Assembly: GCF_009914755.1 (NCBI RefSeq)
Contig: NC_060931.1
From: the human T2T-CHM13v2.0 reference genome, Homo sapiens
Strand: one strand, 5' to 3'
DNA length: 64,000 bases
The position numbers and the translations under genes are program-made. The notes beneath the pieces were generated by a model, which saw only the letters and a list, made by a program, of their open reading frames with translations, searched no databases and had not been told where the DNA came from. This document shows positions 12,206 to 26,095 of this stretch, piece by piece (positions within the stretch are counted from its first letter, which is position 1; every line of letters begins with the position of its first letter).

Positions 12206-15200
12206 ATGTACTTACAATATTAAAAACTGATCTGGTTACAAATAAACATACACAATCAGATCTTTTATAAATATCCATTAATGTTAGCAACTGTAGTAAT
12301 TGTTCTCCTGTACATTCACACACAGGCACACGCACAAGTACAAGACTGCACATATCAGAAGCAACTATATCAGAACACATGCCACTAAACAGAGGCAACT
12401 AACAGATGTTATTACAAATATTCTATTAATAGAAATATAACTTTTTAAAATGAAGATAAATGAAAAAACAAGGTAGAATCAAACATCAATATTCCAGCAA
12501 TTTATGTTTATTTATTGTACTTTTGTTATTATTTAGAATTAGTAAAATTCCTATTCTTTGATTACTTATCAACATCATATGATTAGGTAAATTAAAAAAT
12601 TTTATTTATAGTAGACAAGTCACAACGTTTTCCTGAAGTTTTCTACATCTATAATCTAAAAGGAAAATCTTGAATTTCAAGGGGAGAATATTTCATTACT
12701 AATATTACTGAGATGCTGCGTAATTAAATATTTTCCTTTCAGATGTCTCAAAATGAATATATATTAAACATCTAATGTATTATTTTGACATTAATAGATA
12801 AAATATTATTAATATATGGGTATTCTTGAGATCTCTTTCATTTTGATTTGTTGAGAATATATATATTGCTTAGTATTAAGGGTTTCTTGCTAAGTTTTCC
12901 ATAATTTTCCCAGTTGATTTTGTAGTTTTATTCCATATAGGTTCTACAGCATTTGTGCTTTTGGTTTTTCACAATCTGCTTAACATTTCCAGTAGAATTT
13001 AATCTTGACTTTTGACAGAGTTTTAAGGAAAAAAAGAAATCATAGACCAAGGCTTGAAGAGAAAATGAATGGACCCTCCATTTCCTTAAGTACATCTATC
13101 CAAACCAAACTCCCATTTGTTTTTACACTGTCTTCTTAATATATTTCTTTGCATCGTAATCATGGCACTATTTTATTCAAACTGAATCCCCTCATCCAAC
13201 ATATATACACACAGCATATAGAATAAAATAAAATCTACAATAAGATATTTAATCCTACCTTTTAAGATAACATAGTTCAATAACAGCATCCTTGTCCCCA
13301 CTTACAAACTACACACATACACACAAATATCAGGCCCTCATGTTTCCAAATGTCTTGCACCACAAAGGAATCTGTCATTATATGAGTGGGAAACAAGGAA
13401 GTTTTCAAACGGAATGTGACTTGTACCAAATATCCTAGCCATTGAAGAATAGAAACTGGAAAGCCTCTTCGGTCTTCTGAAAGTGTAGTTTTAAGCTCAT
13501 TTCTCAATATTATTTACCACTGTATCTGTACTACTTAGTAAGATTCCTCTAACATTTGAATCAAGTTCTTCAATCTATTTTTATATTATATTTGACATTG
13601 TATAATCCAACAAATCATCAAACTCACATTTATTACCTGATATAAATAATTTTAAAACACTTCAAAATGAAATAGTTTATTTATAACAATTAAGAAATAA
13701 GTCATACTCTAAGAACATATTTTAAGAAGTGTTGTATTTTTTAAAAGATTAATTAGCATAGAGAGTTTGTTTTACTTAAGATAAGAATTAAAAAGGGAGA
13801 AAATAAAAAAAAGAAATCAATATTTATTATACACAATATCAAGGACATTTACTAGGAAAGCAAAATTCTAATTTTTGAGATGATTCACCTTCTTATTTTA
13901 CTAAGTATCTTTATAATGTTTCAGTTTGTTATGTTTAAACCTAAAAAGTATAAGGTCTGTTTAGGTATCTGAGAGCCTAGCAACAAGAAGATTGTTTTAA
14001 GCCATTTGTTATTTTGCTTGTAAAACAAACTTCTTTATATAGAAATGGAAAAACAAAACTGTTCTGTTAAGGATCTTTTAATTTATGTTTCTGGCATTCC
14101 ATTTGTTTCTGGTTGAATTATTGTCGACATGTAAACTTTTACTTTAAAAGATTTATTCTTCAATCCTTAATTTTTTGAAACATACATAGAAATTATACAT
14201 ATCTTTAACTGAAGCATTTATGTTAAAACAAAGTCATAAAAGAGTCAATTTAATGTAATTATATGGTTGTACAATAGGATATATTAAATGATACTCATAG
14301 GAGAAAAATGTTCTTCCTCATATAGATATATGAAGAGCTTTAAAAACAAACCTGAAAGTTTTTATGTGTGTCTCTGTGTGTAGGTGTCTTAATTTGTATC
14401 ATGTATGTGTTAACATGTATGTTCAAATAGAAGTTGGGGAAAGAGTTGCATTAGATGAGTGGTATATACTCAGTTCCCCAGAACCTTTTTGGTCCAAGCA
14501 TGTTATTCTTTCTCAGAGCAACACGTTCCATAATTCCAACATATCCGTTATCATTCGTCTACTACTTTCATTGCAGAACTTCTCCCCTTACTTATTCTTA
14601 TTCTTTCCAATTAATTGACTTCCACACCAAACCAAAATATTGTGATGATTGAAAGGAAAAAAATAAACAATCCCTCCCTTCAGAGAATGGATTTCAGACA
14701 TTCACTGAACCAACACACCTGAAGCAACAGTTTACGTGGTTGCTCAGAGGGAATGGTTATATTTTCACAAATTTAAAGTTAATATATTGGCGATTTTATT
14801 TTCCTTATCTGAAGGGGGCCGTATCAACAAAAGCAAACAATTTTTATGGCACACTGAGAATGAAATTCAGGAGCAAGAATGTAACAAAGCATCTGAAATA
14901 GAATAGCAAATCTTAACAGATTTCTTTTCCTAATCTGTACTAAGGGATAATTTATTTTAACTTTATTTATTATAAAAATGTTTAACAACTCTTAGCCCTT
15001 GTCTTTGCACTGAATTTTCCTTGTAAAATTTCAGATTTAGAAGTATGACATTTAAATCATGTTTTGTCAGACACAACTAAGCCTCTGCATGAACTACAAC
15101 ATACAGTAAGTGTCATGCACTACTGGTTTCATTAGAATGTTAAGGAAATTTCTGAAGCTTAAAACAACGGCAACGAATTGAGCAGTGATACAAGGCAAGA

Positions 15201-16446
15201 AAAATATAAAACATAAAATGGTCCACCTTAAGATATAAGCAATCAGAGATCTGTATACTAAAAAATAGATCTTCCAGGAATGTGAAGAAGTTGAAGTTAA
15301 ATCTTTCACATTAATCTAAAGACCATGAAAAAGATAAAACTTGTCAGTAGCATCTCTGGTCATCATCAGAAACAGACTAAAATTCTGTCAGGAAGTAGAT
15401 ATTTCCAATCTACTACCAATTTAAGATTGTGGTGTTCTCTATTACATTTAGTAAAATATGAGCTATAATAAAAATTACTACTAAGAAGGAGAATCAACAA
15501 AAACATTAACAACATAATAAGTTAATATCAGACTTCTCAACAGCAAAAAGGGAATCTAGAAGATATGGGAGTAATATCTTCAATAAAGAGAGAACAAACT
15601 CCTTAAAAAGAGAAAAATAAAGAAATAGAAATATGCCAAAAGATTTGCATTTAAAAAATCAGAAAACAAGAAACAACTAAATGATATATTGCAAGATATA
15701 ATAAAGTGAACCCAGATGAGTGATTTAAGATACAAAAAGGAATAATGAAGAAACAAAACACAAATTGAGAAAAGACATCTGCAACTCATATGAGCAACAC
15801 AGAATTTATATTCAGTATACAAAGTGAAATTTTGCAAGCCAAACAACATTTTTTACAAATACGAAAAAACAGGTATTTTACAAAAGAAACATTAATAAAA
15901 AAATCTATATAGAAATATTCAATCTCATTTATAATAAGGAAATGCAAATTACATAAGCAATAAGATGCTAATTTACACTCATCGCCTAAGCAAGTGTCAG
16001 CATCACATGTTGGAGATGACTTATAGCAAAGGGTTGTATTGTAGCATATGATTGTATTAAATTGGTACGAGTATTTTGGAAAACCGCTTCTAACTGTATT
16101 TTTAATAAGTTTTATCTTAGAGATGCTTTAACAGAAAAATTACACACATCATATAGAAAATTGTAAACATAATGCAGAAACATTATAGTCAAAAAATAAA
16201 GAGGAAAAAGAAGAAATATTAACACATGCTCAGAGAAATGTGGTATCTCACTAAGGAAATCAATATATGTATAACAGAAGTAATAAGAGTGGAGGAGATT
16301 TAGAAGCAATAAAATATTCAAAGTAATAATACCTGAACACTTACTAAATTTGATGAAAAACATTGATCTACAAATTTAAGAGGTACAACAAACTCCAAAT
16401 AGTATAAATGCAAAGAGATGAACACAGGCATACCATAGTAAAAATG

Positions 16447-16847
16447 ATAGACTGGATTAAGAAAATGTGGCACATATACACCATGGAATACTATGCAGCC
16501 ATATAAAAGGATGAATTCATGTCCTTCATAGGGACATGGATGAAGCTGGAAACCATCATTCTCAGCACACTATTGCAAGGACAGAAAACCAAACACTGCA
16601 TGTTCTCACTCATAGGTTGGAATTGAACAATGAGAACATTTGGACACAGGAAGGGAAACATCACACACAGGAGCTTGTTGTGGGGTGGGGGGAGTGGGGA
16701 GGGATAGCATTAGGAGATATACCTAATGTAAATGATGAGTTAATGCGTGCAGCACACCAACATGGCACACGTATACATATGTAACAAACCTGCACATTGT
16801 GCACATGTACCCTAGAACTTAAAAGTATAATAATAAAAAAAAAGAAA
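16447..16847 (+). mobile_element. L1PA4/5-like 5'-truncated 3' end inserted in old L1 ORF1
   Basis: Near-consensus L1PA 3' UTR (GGGAGGGATAGCATTAGGAGATATACCTAATGTAAATG...CCCTAGAACTTAAAAGTATAAT), A tail, TSD AAAAATG at 16440-16446 and 16848-16854. Confidence 0.92.
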
Positions 16848-17951
16848 AAAAATGTTGGAAAGACCAAGACAAAGAGAAAATCCAACATGCTGGGATTACA
16901 GGAGAATCTTGAAAGCAGATAGAAAAACATGACTCATCCCTTACTCATCTCTTACAAGGAAACCCCAATGAAATGCAGCTAATACAATGTCTAAAGTCAC
17001 ATTTATAGCTGTAAACTCCTACGTTAAAAAGAAGTAATAGCTCAAATTAATAACCTAAATTTTCGGCTTAGTCTCCAGTAAAAAAGAAGAGAAAAATTAA
17101 AGCTTCACCAGCCAGAAGAAAGGAAATTTTAAAGATTAGAGCAGAAATTGATGAAATGGAGAACAAAAAAGCTGTAGAGAAAATTAATGAATCCATAAAC
17201 TTTTTTATTTATAATGATCAGGTATTAACAAAATTTTAGTTGGATTGATCAAGAAAAAAGGAAAAAGACACAAATTACTAAAATCAAGAATTAAGTAGAA
17301 AATCCAAATAGACCTATAATAAGGCAACAGGTTAAATCAAGTACAAAAATTACTTAAAAAGAAAAGTCCAGGCATGCATTTCTTCACTGGTGGGTTCTAC
17401 CAAATATTAAAGAATAAATATTAATCCTTTCCAAAAAATAGAAGAGAAATAAACACTCTCTAACTCATTCAATTAAGACAGGATTGCATTGATAACAAAA
17501 CTAGACAAAGATACCACAAGAAAAAGTAGTATAGCCCAATATATTTTATGAATATCAATACAAATATCCTCAACTAGATACTAGCAAATCAAATCCAGTA
17601 AAACAGAAAGTTGATTATACACCATGCTCAAGTGGGATCTGTTCCATGTATGTAAGCTTGGTTTACATCCAAACATCATTTAATATAATATATCATATTA
17701 ATAGAATAAAAAACAGAAAGCATATAATCATGTCAATAGACACAGTAAAAACATTAGACAAAATTCTACTAATCATGCTTTCATGATTAGTGGAAAAATC
17801 ACTAAAACTAGGAATAGAAGGTAACTTCCTCAGTCTGATAAAGGGCATCTATAAATTCCACAGCTAACATCCTGCTTAATAGTGATAAGACTAAATTTTT
17901 CCTTCCTGAGATGGGAACAAGACAAGGGTGTCTGCTGTTTCCACTTCTACT

Positions 17952-18575
17952 CCACACAAAATCCTTCACAGAAATGTTTCTGGCAGCTTTGTTCATAATT
18001 GCCAAAACTTAGCAGCAACCAAGATATCCTTTAATGGGTGAACGGATAAACACACTGGCAATAGGAATGGACAAAGCCACATAAAGACATGGAAGAACAT
18101 TAAATGTAAGTTAAGTGAAAGATGCCAATCTGTGAAGACTACATACTATATTATTCAAATTATATAAGATCCCGGAAAAGGCTATGAAGACAGTAAAAAC
18201 ATCAGTGGGTTGCAGAGGTTTGGGGATAAGATGGAGGAAAAAGAGATGAACAATCGAGGCACAGGAAGTTGTTAGGGCAGTAAAATTATTCTATATAATA
18301 CAATAATAGTGAATACATATCATTATATATTTGTCAAAACCAAAAGAATGTACAATATAGAGCAAATCCCAATGTAAACTATGTGCTTTAGTTAATAATA
18401 ATTTATCAATATTAGCTCATCAATTATAAAAAAATTACCACACTAATGCAAGATGTTAATAATAGAGAAAACTGGGGAGAAGAGGCATTGAGGGGGGTAT
18501 ATAGAACTCTATTTTCTACTCATTTTTCCTATAAACATTAAAGTGCTCAAATAATAAAGTCTATTAAAAATAAAA
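17952..18575 (+). mobile_element. L1MC1/2-like 3' end
   Basis: TTCATAATTGCCAAAACT, AAGACAGTAAAAACATCAGTGG, ATTTGTCAAAACC, AATGTAAACTATG..TTTAGTTAATAATAAT, AATAAAGTCTATTAAAAA. Confidence 0.85.
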
Positions 18576-18662
18576 ACAAAACAAGTTAAAAAAATCTGTT
18601 CCCTGAAAACCATAAAACATTGTTAAAACAAATTAAAGAGGATCTAAATAAAAGGAAAGATA

Positions 18663-19084
18663 TGCTATAGGTTAGAGTGTCCCCCTACCCCATTGATATG
18701 CTGAAGTCTTAACTCTCAGTACTTTTAATAGGTGAACTTATTTGGAAATAGGGTTTTTAAGGATATTATAGGTGTAGATGAGGTCAGACAATTGCTTGCA
18801 GTTAATCCAGTATGACTTTATCCTTACAAAAAAGGAAAATTTGGACACATACATATACAAAGAGGAATGCTATGTGAAGAATGGAGTTATACTGGTACAA
18901 TTTAAGGAACTACCGGGAGAGAGACCTGGAACAGATTCTTCCTCAGCACCTTCAGAGGAGCAAGACCCTGATGATACCTTAATCTTAGACTTCTAGCCTC
19001 CAAAATTATAAGACTATAAATCTCTGTTGCCCAAGCCACCCAATTTATGGTACTTTGATATGACAGTCATAGCAAACTGATATA
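18663..19084 (+). mobile_element. MLT1B/C MaLR solo LTR
   Basis: CTTATTTGGAAATAGGGT, GGAACAGATTCTTCCTCAGCACCTTCAGAGG, GACTTCTAGCCTCCA, AAGCCACCCAATTTATGGTACTTTG; splits L1 ORF2. Confidence 0.88.
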
Positions 19085-19287
19085 ACATCGCACGTACATG
19101 GATCGAATGACTTAATATTGCTAATATAGCAATGCTTCCCAAATTGATCTACAGAATCACTGACATCTAAGAACTCAGAAGTTTGGCTGGATTCTCTGAA
19201 GAAATTAATATAGTGATTCTAAAATTCATATAAATATTCAAGGAAGCTGGAAGAGTTGAAATAATCCTCAAAATTAAAAAAAAAATA

Positions 19288-19513
19288 CAGCCTGAGCAAC
19301 ATGGTGAAATCCCATCTCTTCTAAAAATACAAAAATTAGCCAGGCATGGTGGCGCACGTCTCTAATGCCAGCTACTCAGGAGGCTGAGACACAAAAATTG
19401 CTTGAACCTGGGAGGAAGAGGTTGCAGCAGTGAGCAGAGATCATGCCACTGCACTCCAGCCTGGGTGACAAAGCGAGACTCTGTCTCAAAATCAACAAAA
19501 ATAAAATAAAATA
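19288..19513 (+). mobile_element. 5'-truncated AluS
   Basis: Begins at CAGCCTGAGCAACATGGTGAAA, has the A5TACA5 linker, a full right arm and a (TAAAA)n tail; lies within L1 ORF2. Confidence 0.92.
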
Positions 19514-20602
19514 AAGTTTGAGGACCTATAATTCCTGATTTCAAAACTTACCACAAAGCAACAGTAATTAAGAAAGTGGTTCTGGCATGAGGATATTATA
19601 TAAATCAATGGAATATAATTGGAAATCTAGAAATAAACCATCACATTTACAATTTGTTTCAACAACAGTGAAAAAACAATTCAGTGGGGGAAATACGGTC
19701 ATTTCAACAAATGGTGTTTTAGCAATTGAACATGCAAAAGTATGGAATTAGACCCCTACCTACCTCACACCCAACATAAAAATTTTCTAAAAATACACCA
19801 TAGGCCTACATGTAAGTATAAAAACTATAAAATTATTAGAGAAAATATCAGGGTAAAATTTCTGACATTGGATTTGCCAATAGCTTCTTAGATACTTTAC
19901 TAAAACATAAGCAAAAAAAGAAAATATGTAAGTGAACAGGACTTCAAAATTTTAAAGTTCTGTGCTTCAAAGAACATCATCAAAAAAACTGAAGCACAAA
20001 CTACTGAATGGATAAAGTATTTGTAAATTATTTACCTGATAAAGGAATTCTATAAAGATCATGTAAAGAACCCTTACAACTCAATAATAAAAGACTGATC
20101 ATTTTTAAATGGGAGAAAGCTCTTAACAGACATTTCTCCTAATAATATATACAAATGGCTGATAAGCACATAAAACAATGCTCAAAATATCTGGTCATCA
20201 GGAAAATGCAAATCAAATCCACAATGAGATATCACTTCCCACACACGAGGATGATTATAATAAAGACAGGTAATAACAGGTGTTGACATAAATGGAGATA
20301 TTAGAAAACTCATACACTGCTGATGGGAACATGTAACAGTGCAGCCACACTGGAAAACATTTTGGCAGATCCTCAGAGTTAAACCTTGAGTTACCAGTTC
20401 ACCTAGCAAATCTGCTCTTAGGTGTAGACCCAAGAAAAATGAGAACATATGCTCATGCATAAACTTGTGCACAAATGTTCATAGTAACATTATTCATACT
20501 AAACAAGAACTGTAAAGAATCCAAATGTTAGGGTTAAAATAAAAATCCTCCCCCAGTTGACTCTACTGCACAGCAAAGGCTAAGAAGTGTTTATGAGAGC
20601 AC

Positions 20603-20785
20603 CACTGGTTCTTAATGTATGGGCCCCCAGACCTGCAGCTTTCAGCATCACCTGGAAACTTGTTAGAAATGCAAATTCTGAGCCTTTCCCACCAGCCCAA
20701 CTGAAGAAGAAATTCTGGGACTGGGGCCCAGCAATTTGTGTTTTACTAAGCCCTCCAGGTGATTTTGGTACCGGTCTAATCACTT
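20603..20785. mobile_element. MER5A MITE
   Basis: CAGCATCACCTGGAAACTTGTTAGAAATGCAAATTCT...GGGGCCCAGCAATTTGTGTTTTACTAAGCCCTCCAGGTGATT. Confidence 0.9.
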
Positions 20786-21019
20786 TATTAGGGGATCAAA
20801 GAAGGCTTTCTTGAAGATGTTTTACCTATTCTGAGGCTTACAGTAGGTGTAGAAAGGGAAGGAGGTGTGGGCCTGTTTGCCTAAGTCAATAACCTTGACA
20901 TCCTCTCTGTCTTCTCTACCTTCAAACTGAATGGTTCATTCCGTGCTGAGATTCTGCATTTCTAACAAGCTGGCAACTGATGTCCATGGTGCTGACCGTT
21001 AAGAACAGTCTCTTGGTAA

Positions 21020-22030
21020 AGGGGATGTAGAGCATTTCAGGCAGGTGAGCACTGAAGATGAAAATGCTTGGAGAAATACATTAAGTGTCAGAGAGGTATG
21101 GGATAAGACTTTAAAAAGAAAAAAAGCAAAATCATGCAAAGCCTTGCAAGGCCTCTAATTTATCCTAAGTTAAAGCAAATCATTAATGATTTCAGCAGTA
21201 TAGTGATTTGACTTGATTTGCATTTTAAAAAATTACTCCAGCCACTGAATTGAAAATAAACTCGAAAGAAACCAAATTTGAAGGTTAGAAGATTAGGAGG
21301 CTATTATAGACATCCAGGCAAGTGTGATTTTTTTGGGGGGAGGGGGTTACAAATATGGTGGCAAGATATACAAATGTGGACATATTTAAGATGCATTCTG
21401 CAGGAAGAACAAATAATTACTTATGTGTTGGATATAAGGTGAAAGAAAAGGAGATATGGAAAATAAGACATATGTGTGATAAAATATATAAAATTGTAGA
21501 TACCTACTATATAGCCAAGTGGAGATAACCAGTAAATAGTTGGTTACATAGAGCTGAAATGCTCAAGAGAAGTTTAGGTTCAAGTTCAAATTTGAGAGTC
21601 TACATATCATATCCTTTTTATGTATATATTTTTTCCAAATCAATGACAAACTATAGATAGAGCATACAAAGATACACTGATCTACAACTGAGCCTGAACA
21701 AACTTCAACATTAAGAGATTTGGAAAAGGAAGAGTACAATAGAGGAGACAAGAGAATCAGCTAAGGAGTCTGGAAGAGCTCCCAGCTGACTGTAGGGTTG
21801 TGAAAGGCAAGCAAATAAAGTTTCTGGAATAATGGTGAGACCAACACTATAAAAAAATTGCTGAGAAATAGAATAAAATTAGGAGATAAATGTGGACATT
21901 TAATTTAACAAAAATCATTTGCAAGAACAAATCTAATGAAAAATTTAGGGCAGAACCAAGATTTTGTATTACCATTGTTCCAGTTTCACAGTGAATAAGA
22001 GAAGAAATAAAATGTGTGTGAACAATTCTT
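21020..22030 (-). mobile_element. L2 fragment
   Basis: ATTTGCATTTTAAAAAATTACTCCAGC, TTAGGAGGCTATT..ATCCAGGCAAG, AGTAAATAGTTGG, AAATTTGAGAGTC. Confidence 0.7.
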
Positions 22031-25000
22031 GCCAAAATTAGTGCTTCTTAATTTCCTTCATAAGAATCTCATTCTCTTTCAATTTCTAAAATGTTGGGAT
22101 TCCTCTCTTTTTTCTCTTATCGTATACACTTTTCCTAAGCTATCTGAACTATACGCTTTCCTTTAAGCAAAACTTTGTCCTCAGAGCTATTTATATTCAA
22201 CTAACTTCCTTCTGGAAGCCTCAAGTGACTGAGGATAAACATATCTCAGAGGCATCTCAGAAGAATGTAGTCATCTCAGAGAGAAATAACTAACAGCATT
22301 GATGTAAACGTTCAGTTTAAGCAAAGCCTAAAGCTCCCTGCCCAACAAGATGCTGGAAGGAAAGAAGGAAGTAGCTGAAAGAATAGAAAGAAATGCTTGA
22401 AAACTTGAACACACAAAAGAAACAGGAAAGCAATGATAAACCTAGTTAAAATATCTGGCTGAAACAATGGTGCTGCTGATAAACGAAGCTGCTCTCTTTA
22501 GAGAAAACTTCACAGATGATATGTGGAATCATAAGTATATAGGTAATCACCATGTAAGTAATTCTTGTTACAAATAATATAAACAGACAGCGTATTTGAA
22601 GGATCCTCATAACCTAATTTGATTTCAGGCCATTGGAGATTAACTACCTTGTAAGAACTACTAGAATGACATTGAAGAGGTAGGCATGAGGTATGTGTAG
22701 CCTGAATGAGAGTAGCACCTGTCATGGAGTAAATATGATCATTCTAAGACAGATATACAAATAACATTGGCAAAACTCGTGATAACAAGGTGTATCAAAA
22801 TATAAAACAAATAAACAGCAATTCAAAATATGCTAAGACTCATCTCAGGGTAACTTTAAGAAAAATGATAACCGATAGATGTAAAAATTTTTCAAATAGA
22901 GATTAGGAAATTAAAGTAACTAACTGCCTTTTCCATTTATGCATAAAGGAGATTTCACACATTTTGATAATTTCAAATGCAGTGCATTTGAATAGTAGAA
23001 TCCTCCCCAAACCAGAATGAATCTTGCCCCTACAATGACTCCTATGTCCACATAGTAAAGGACTCAATAAATTTGTTAAAAGTTTGAGTTCTATTACTCA
23101 GCAAAGTTCACTACCAGCACATAACTATGTGCTGCAATTTAATAAATTAAAGTTTTGGTCAATATTTGGTAAGGATTTTAGGAAGCCTTTGTTAAAAATC
23201 AAAAGGTTTTGCAAAGTAGTAAGTAATTTACTAATGGGCTCATATCTTTAGGGGATGTGAAAATGAACTGCTAATTAATTTCCTTTAACCAAGAATTCAT
23301 ACACATTCTATTAGTATCAAAGAGGCTACATGAATAAGACAGCTTCTTAACCTCTAGAAGCTCTTAGCTTTCAGCAAAATTTCATTGTCTATACAAGAAA
23401 TATTATTGTAACATCAAAGATCAATGTGGTTGCATATAAATATACAGGCACTTGAGGAGAAGAAGATAATATAACCATGAGTGCAACGGAGCAGATGTAA
23501 AGATCCGTAGGTGTCAGCATTAAGGTGAATTTTTGTTTGTATCTGAAGTGTGATACTTCTACTAGAGGGAAAAGTCGTTTCAATTTTTTTTTTTAAGGCA
23601 AATGAGCAGTTAACATGAAGTTAAACATTCTTGTAGCCTTTCTTCCTGTCTGCTACCTCCCGGCTTCCTCCCTCCAACCCAACCTTCACATATCCATTGC
23701 AGAGGAATTGAAATTTTCACTTAAAGCCTGTCAGTCATACACAAACATTTTTCAGAGGCTATCAAATGCCCAAATAGGAATTTGCCAACCTTTTGAGCTT
23801 TCTAGTTTCATGGTTGAAAATTTTCTGTTTCAAAGTTTAGCATCTAATTAAATCGAATATCCCAGTTTTTTTAAAAAAAGGGCATAAAAAATCTTTAAAA
23901 TGCTTAGCCTGATTCAATGACTAAAAAGAGGGTTCCCCAGACAGAATTTGAACATCCCTAACAATCATTTGTTTAAAAAGACTACATTACTTATGGAGTT
24001 TTCTAGTGATACACCAAGAAGAAAGACTTAGAATGCTGCTTTGGTCTATTTGAAGAGTTATTTATTGTGTGGTACCAATGGGAGTGATACAATAAATAAT
24101 GTGATCTAGCATTGGAGACAGTTTCTTATGTAGCCAACTATAATACAAAGCAGAATGTGATAACTGAGGTACAAAAGAGCATGATAATATAAGAAGCTGA
24201 GAGAAAAATTTCAACTAAGAAGTTGAAGAAAGACTACAGAAGTGTGCCACAATCAGGAGGAATATATGAATATATGTCCTGAGGCTAGCTTTTGTGCACC
24301 TAACAATGATCTTGAAACTCCTTCTTTATAAGTTACATATTGCCATTTATATACTGTATCTTGCTTTGTTAACTGTTTCTATTTCATATAAGACTGCCAC
24401 AATGTGTAACCATGCCTATGTCTATTTATTACTTTTTCTGTAATTACTTTTCTGTATTACCATTTGTATTTATTACTTTTTTCATGGTTTTTTCTTACTT
24501 GCCCCAAAGTATTTCATATAGTGTACCTGAAATTATTTAATTTGGCAATAAAGTAAATGGATTCATTTATAGAGTCTTAAATGAATGATACAAATAAAAA
24601 GATAGTGAAAGTTCAAAATTTAGTTGACTCTCGTAGCACTATAAAATCATAAATTTTAAAAGTATTTCTTTAAAATGTTTTTTAATAGAAATACAACCTT
24701 GTTAACAAATAACTACTTGATAAATATTGTGTTTACGTAAAATCAGTTTAGGGTAGAATCTGTTATATCTTATATGTACAATTTAAATGCATTAATTTGT
24801 AACCCTTATACAAATTCTAGATTGTTCTTATTCAAACAATTTTGGCAGCATCGGTTTATAAAAATTAAGTCAACATCCAGTCAATCCTAGTGTCCATATT
24901 ACTGTATAGAGGAAACTCACACATCTAACAGGTTAGTTTTTCTAAGAGCTGCAAAGTTTTCCAGGATAGAATGAAGAAAACTTCTGAGAGGCCTGAATGG

Positions 25001-25154
25001 TCTCATGAGGAAGGGCTCATCCCTTGAGGGAAATCTGCATACAACGCAATGGTTTTATTTTAGACAAATAAAGGGAGTAGATGTCAGACAGTGAATGTGT
25101 TACACAGTTACTAGTTTTCCTGTTAAGCCCAAACCCCACACCAATACCTCTCCC

Positions 25155-25155
<1 letters not shown>

Positions 25156-25205
<50 letters not shown>
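25156..25205. repeat. (AC)25 microsatellite
   Basis: Perfect run read directly. Confidence 0.98.
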
Positions 25206-25207
<2 letters not shown>

Positions 25208-25849
25208 CGTCCAGGAGATGTTAATAAAGTCAGAAAAACAAAGAAGAAGCCTAAGCTTCGGGAAATTTCTCTTTCAATATTCTTCCTTTAATTATTGGCT
25301 TTATGACCAAATGTCCCAAAAATGCCATTTCCTTTTCTTAAAGTAACCAGTATTTTCATTGCTTCAAGCCTTTTCAACTCTAGCCTGTTTGTGGCATATG
25401 ACTGCGGGAGTATTATGCACATCCTTGGCCATGTTTTTATCACCTCCTTAGATGTAAATGTAACTGTTTTCATAAAGCAAGTTTCCTGACACCTGCTGGG
25501 CACAGAGCTGGATGTTGTGAGGATGTTGTCCCCACATAGCGTGCTGGAATCTCTCTCTCCTCCGTGGGAGCCTCCCTTAAGAACAAAAGCCTTTAGGTGG
25601 ATTAAAATCCTATATATGAGAAAATGACTGTGTTTATTTCTGAATCAATAATCCAGATTCAGAATATCAGAATCCAAATAAAAAGCTAACCACATGATTC
25701 CAAAGTTTTATTCTGGAATTCATCTCTGTCATTTGGTTGAAGAATCATGACTGATATTGATTTGGTGTTTTATATGATATTTTGTTTGGGATTTTATTGT
25801 TGTATAGATCAACAGGAGGACAGTTGGATAAAGCGTGACATCTTTAAAA

Positions 25850-26095
25850 ATGTGTCTTCTCATTTAGGAATATTGAATATTTTACCATTTGTTCAGTTAT
25901 TTTATATTCTTCAGAAAAAAATATTATACATTTCATCATATAATTAGTACATTTATTGATAAGTTTATTTCTAGGTACTTTATAGTTTTTTTTCAGTTAC
26001 ATTTGCTAATGGGTTATAGCTGGTTTATGTGAAAGCTACTGATTTTGACAGACTGATTTTATACCTAGCTGACTAATTTTATACCTGCAATTTTC
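25850..26095 (-). mobile_element. Old L1M ORF2 fragment
   Basis: AAGTTTATTTCTAGGTACTTTATA, AAAGCTACTGATTTT...TGATTTTATACCTAGC. Confidence 0.55.

Larger units (their letters stand above)
15490..20528 (+). mobile_element. Composite of old L1M fragments (ORF1/ORF2/3' UTR, L1MB/ME-like), interrupted by younger insertions
   Basis: A-rich degenerate L1: ATCAGACTTCTCAACAGC (ORF1), CTTCACTGGTGGGTTCTACCAAA, TCAATAGACACAGTAAAAACATTAGACAAAAT, TTCAACAAATGGTG, ATGCAAATCAAATCCACAATGAGATATCAC. Confidence 0.85.

Noticed and set aside
24420-24482. Reiterated ATTACTTTT(C)TGT motif as an array
   Set aside because: Short degenerate slippage repeat with no regular spacers.
25017-25346. CVCVCV / THTHTH ORFs (also 29279-29518)
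   Set aside because: Translations of (CA)n microsatellites.
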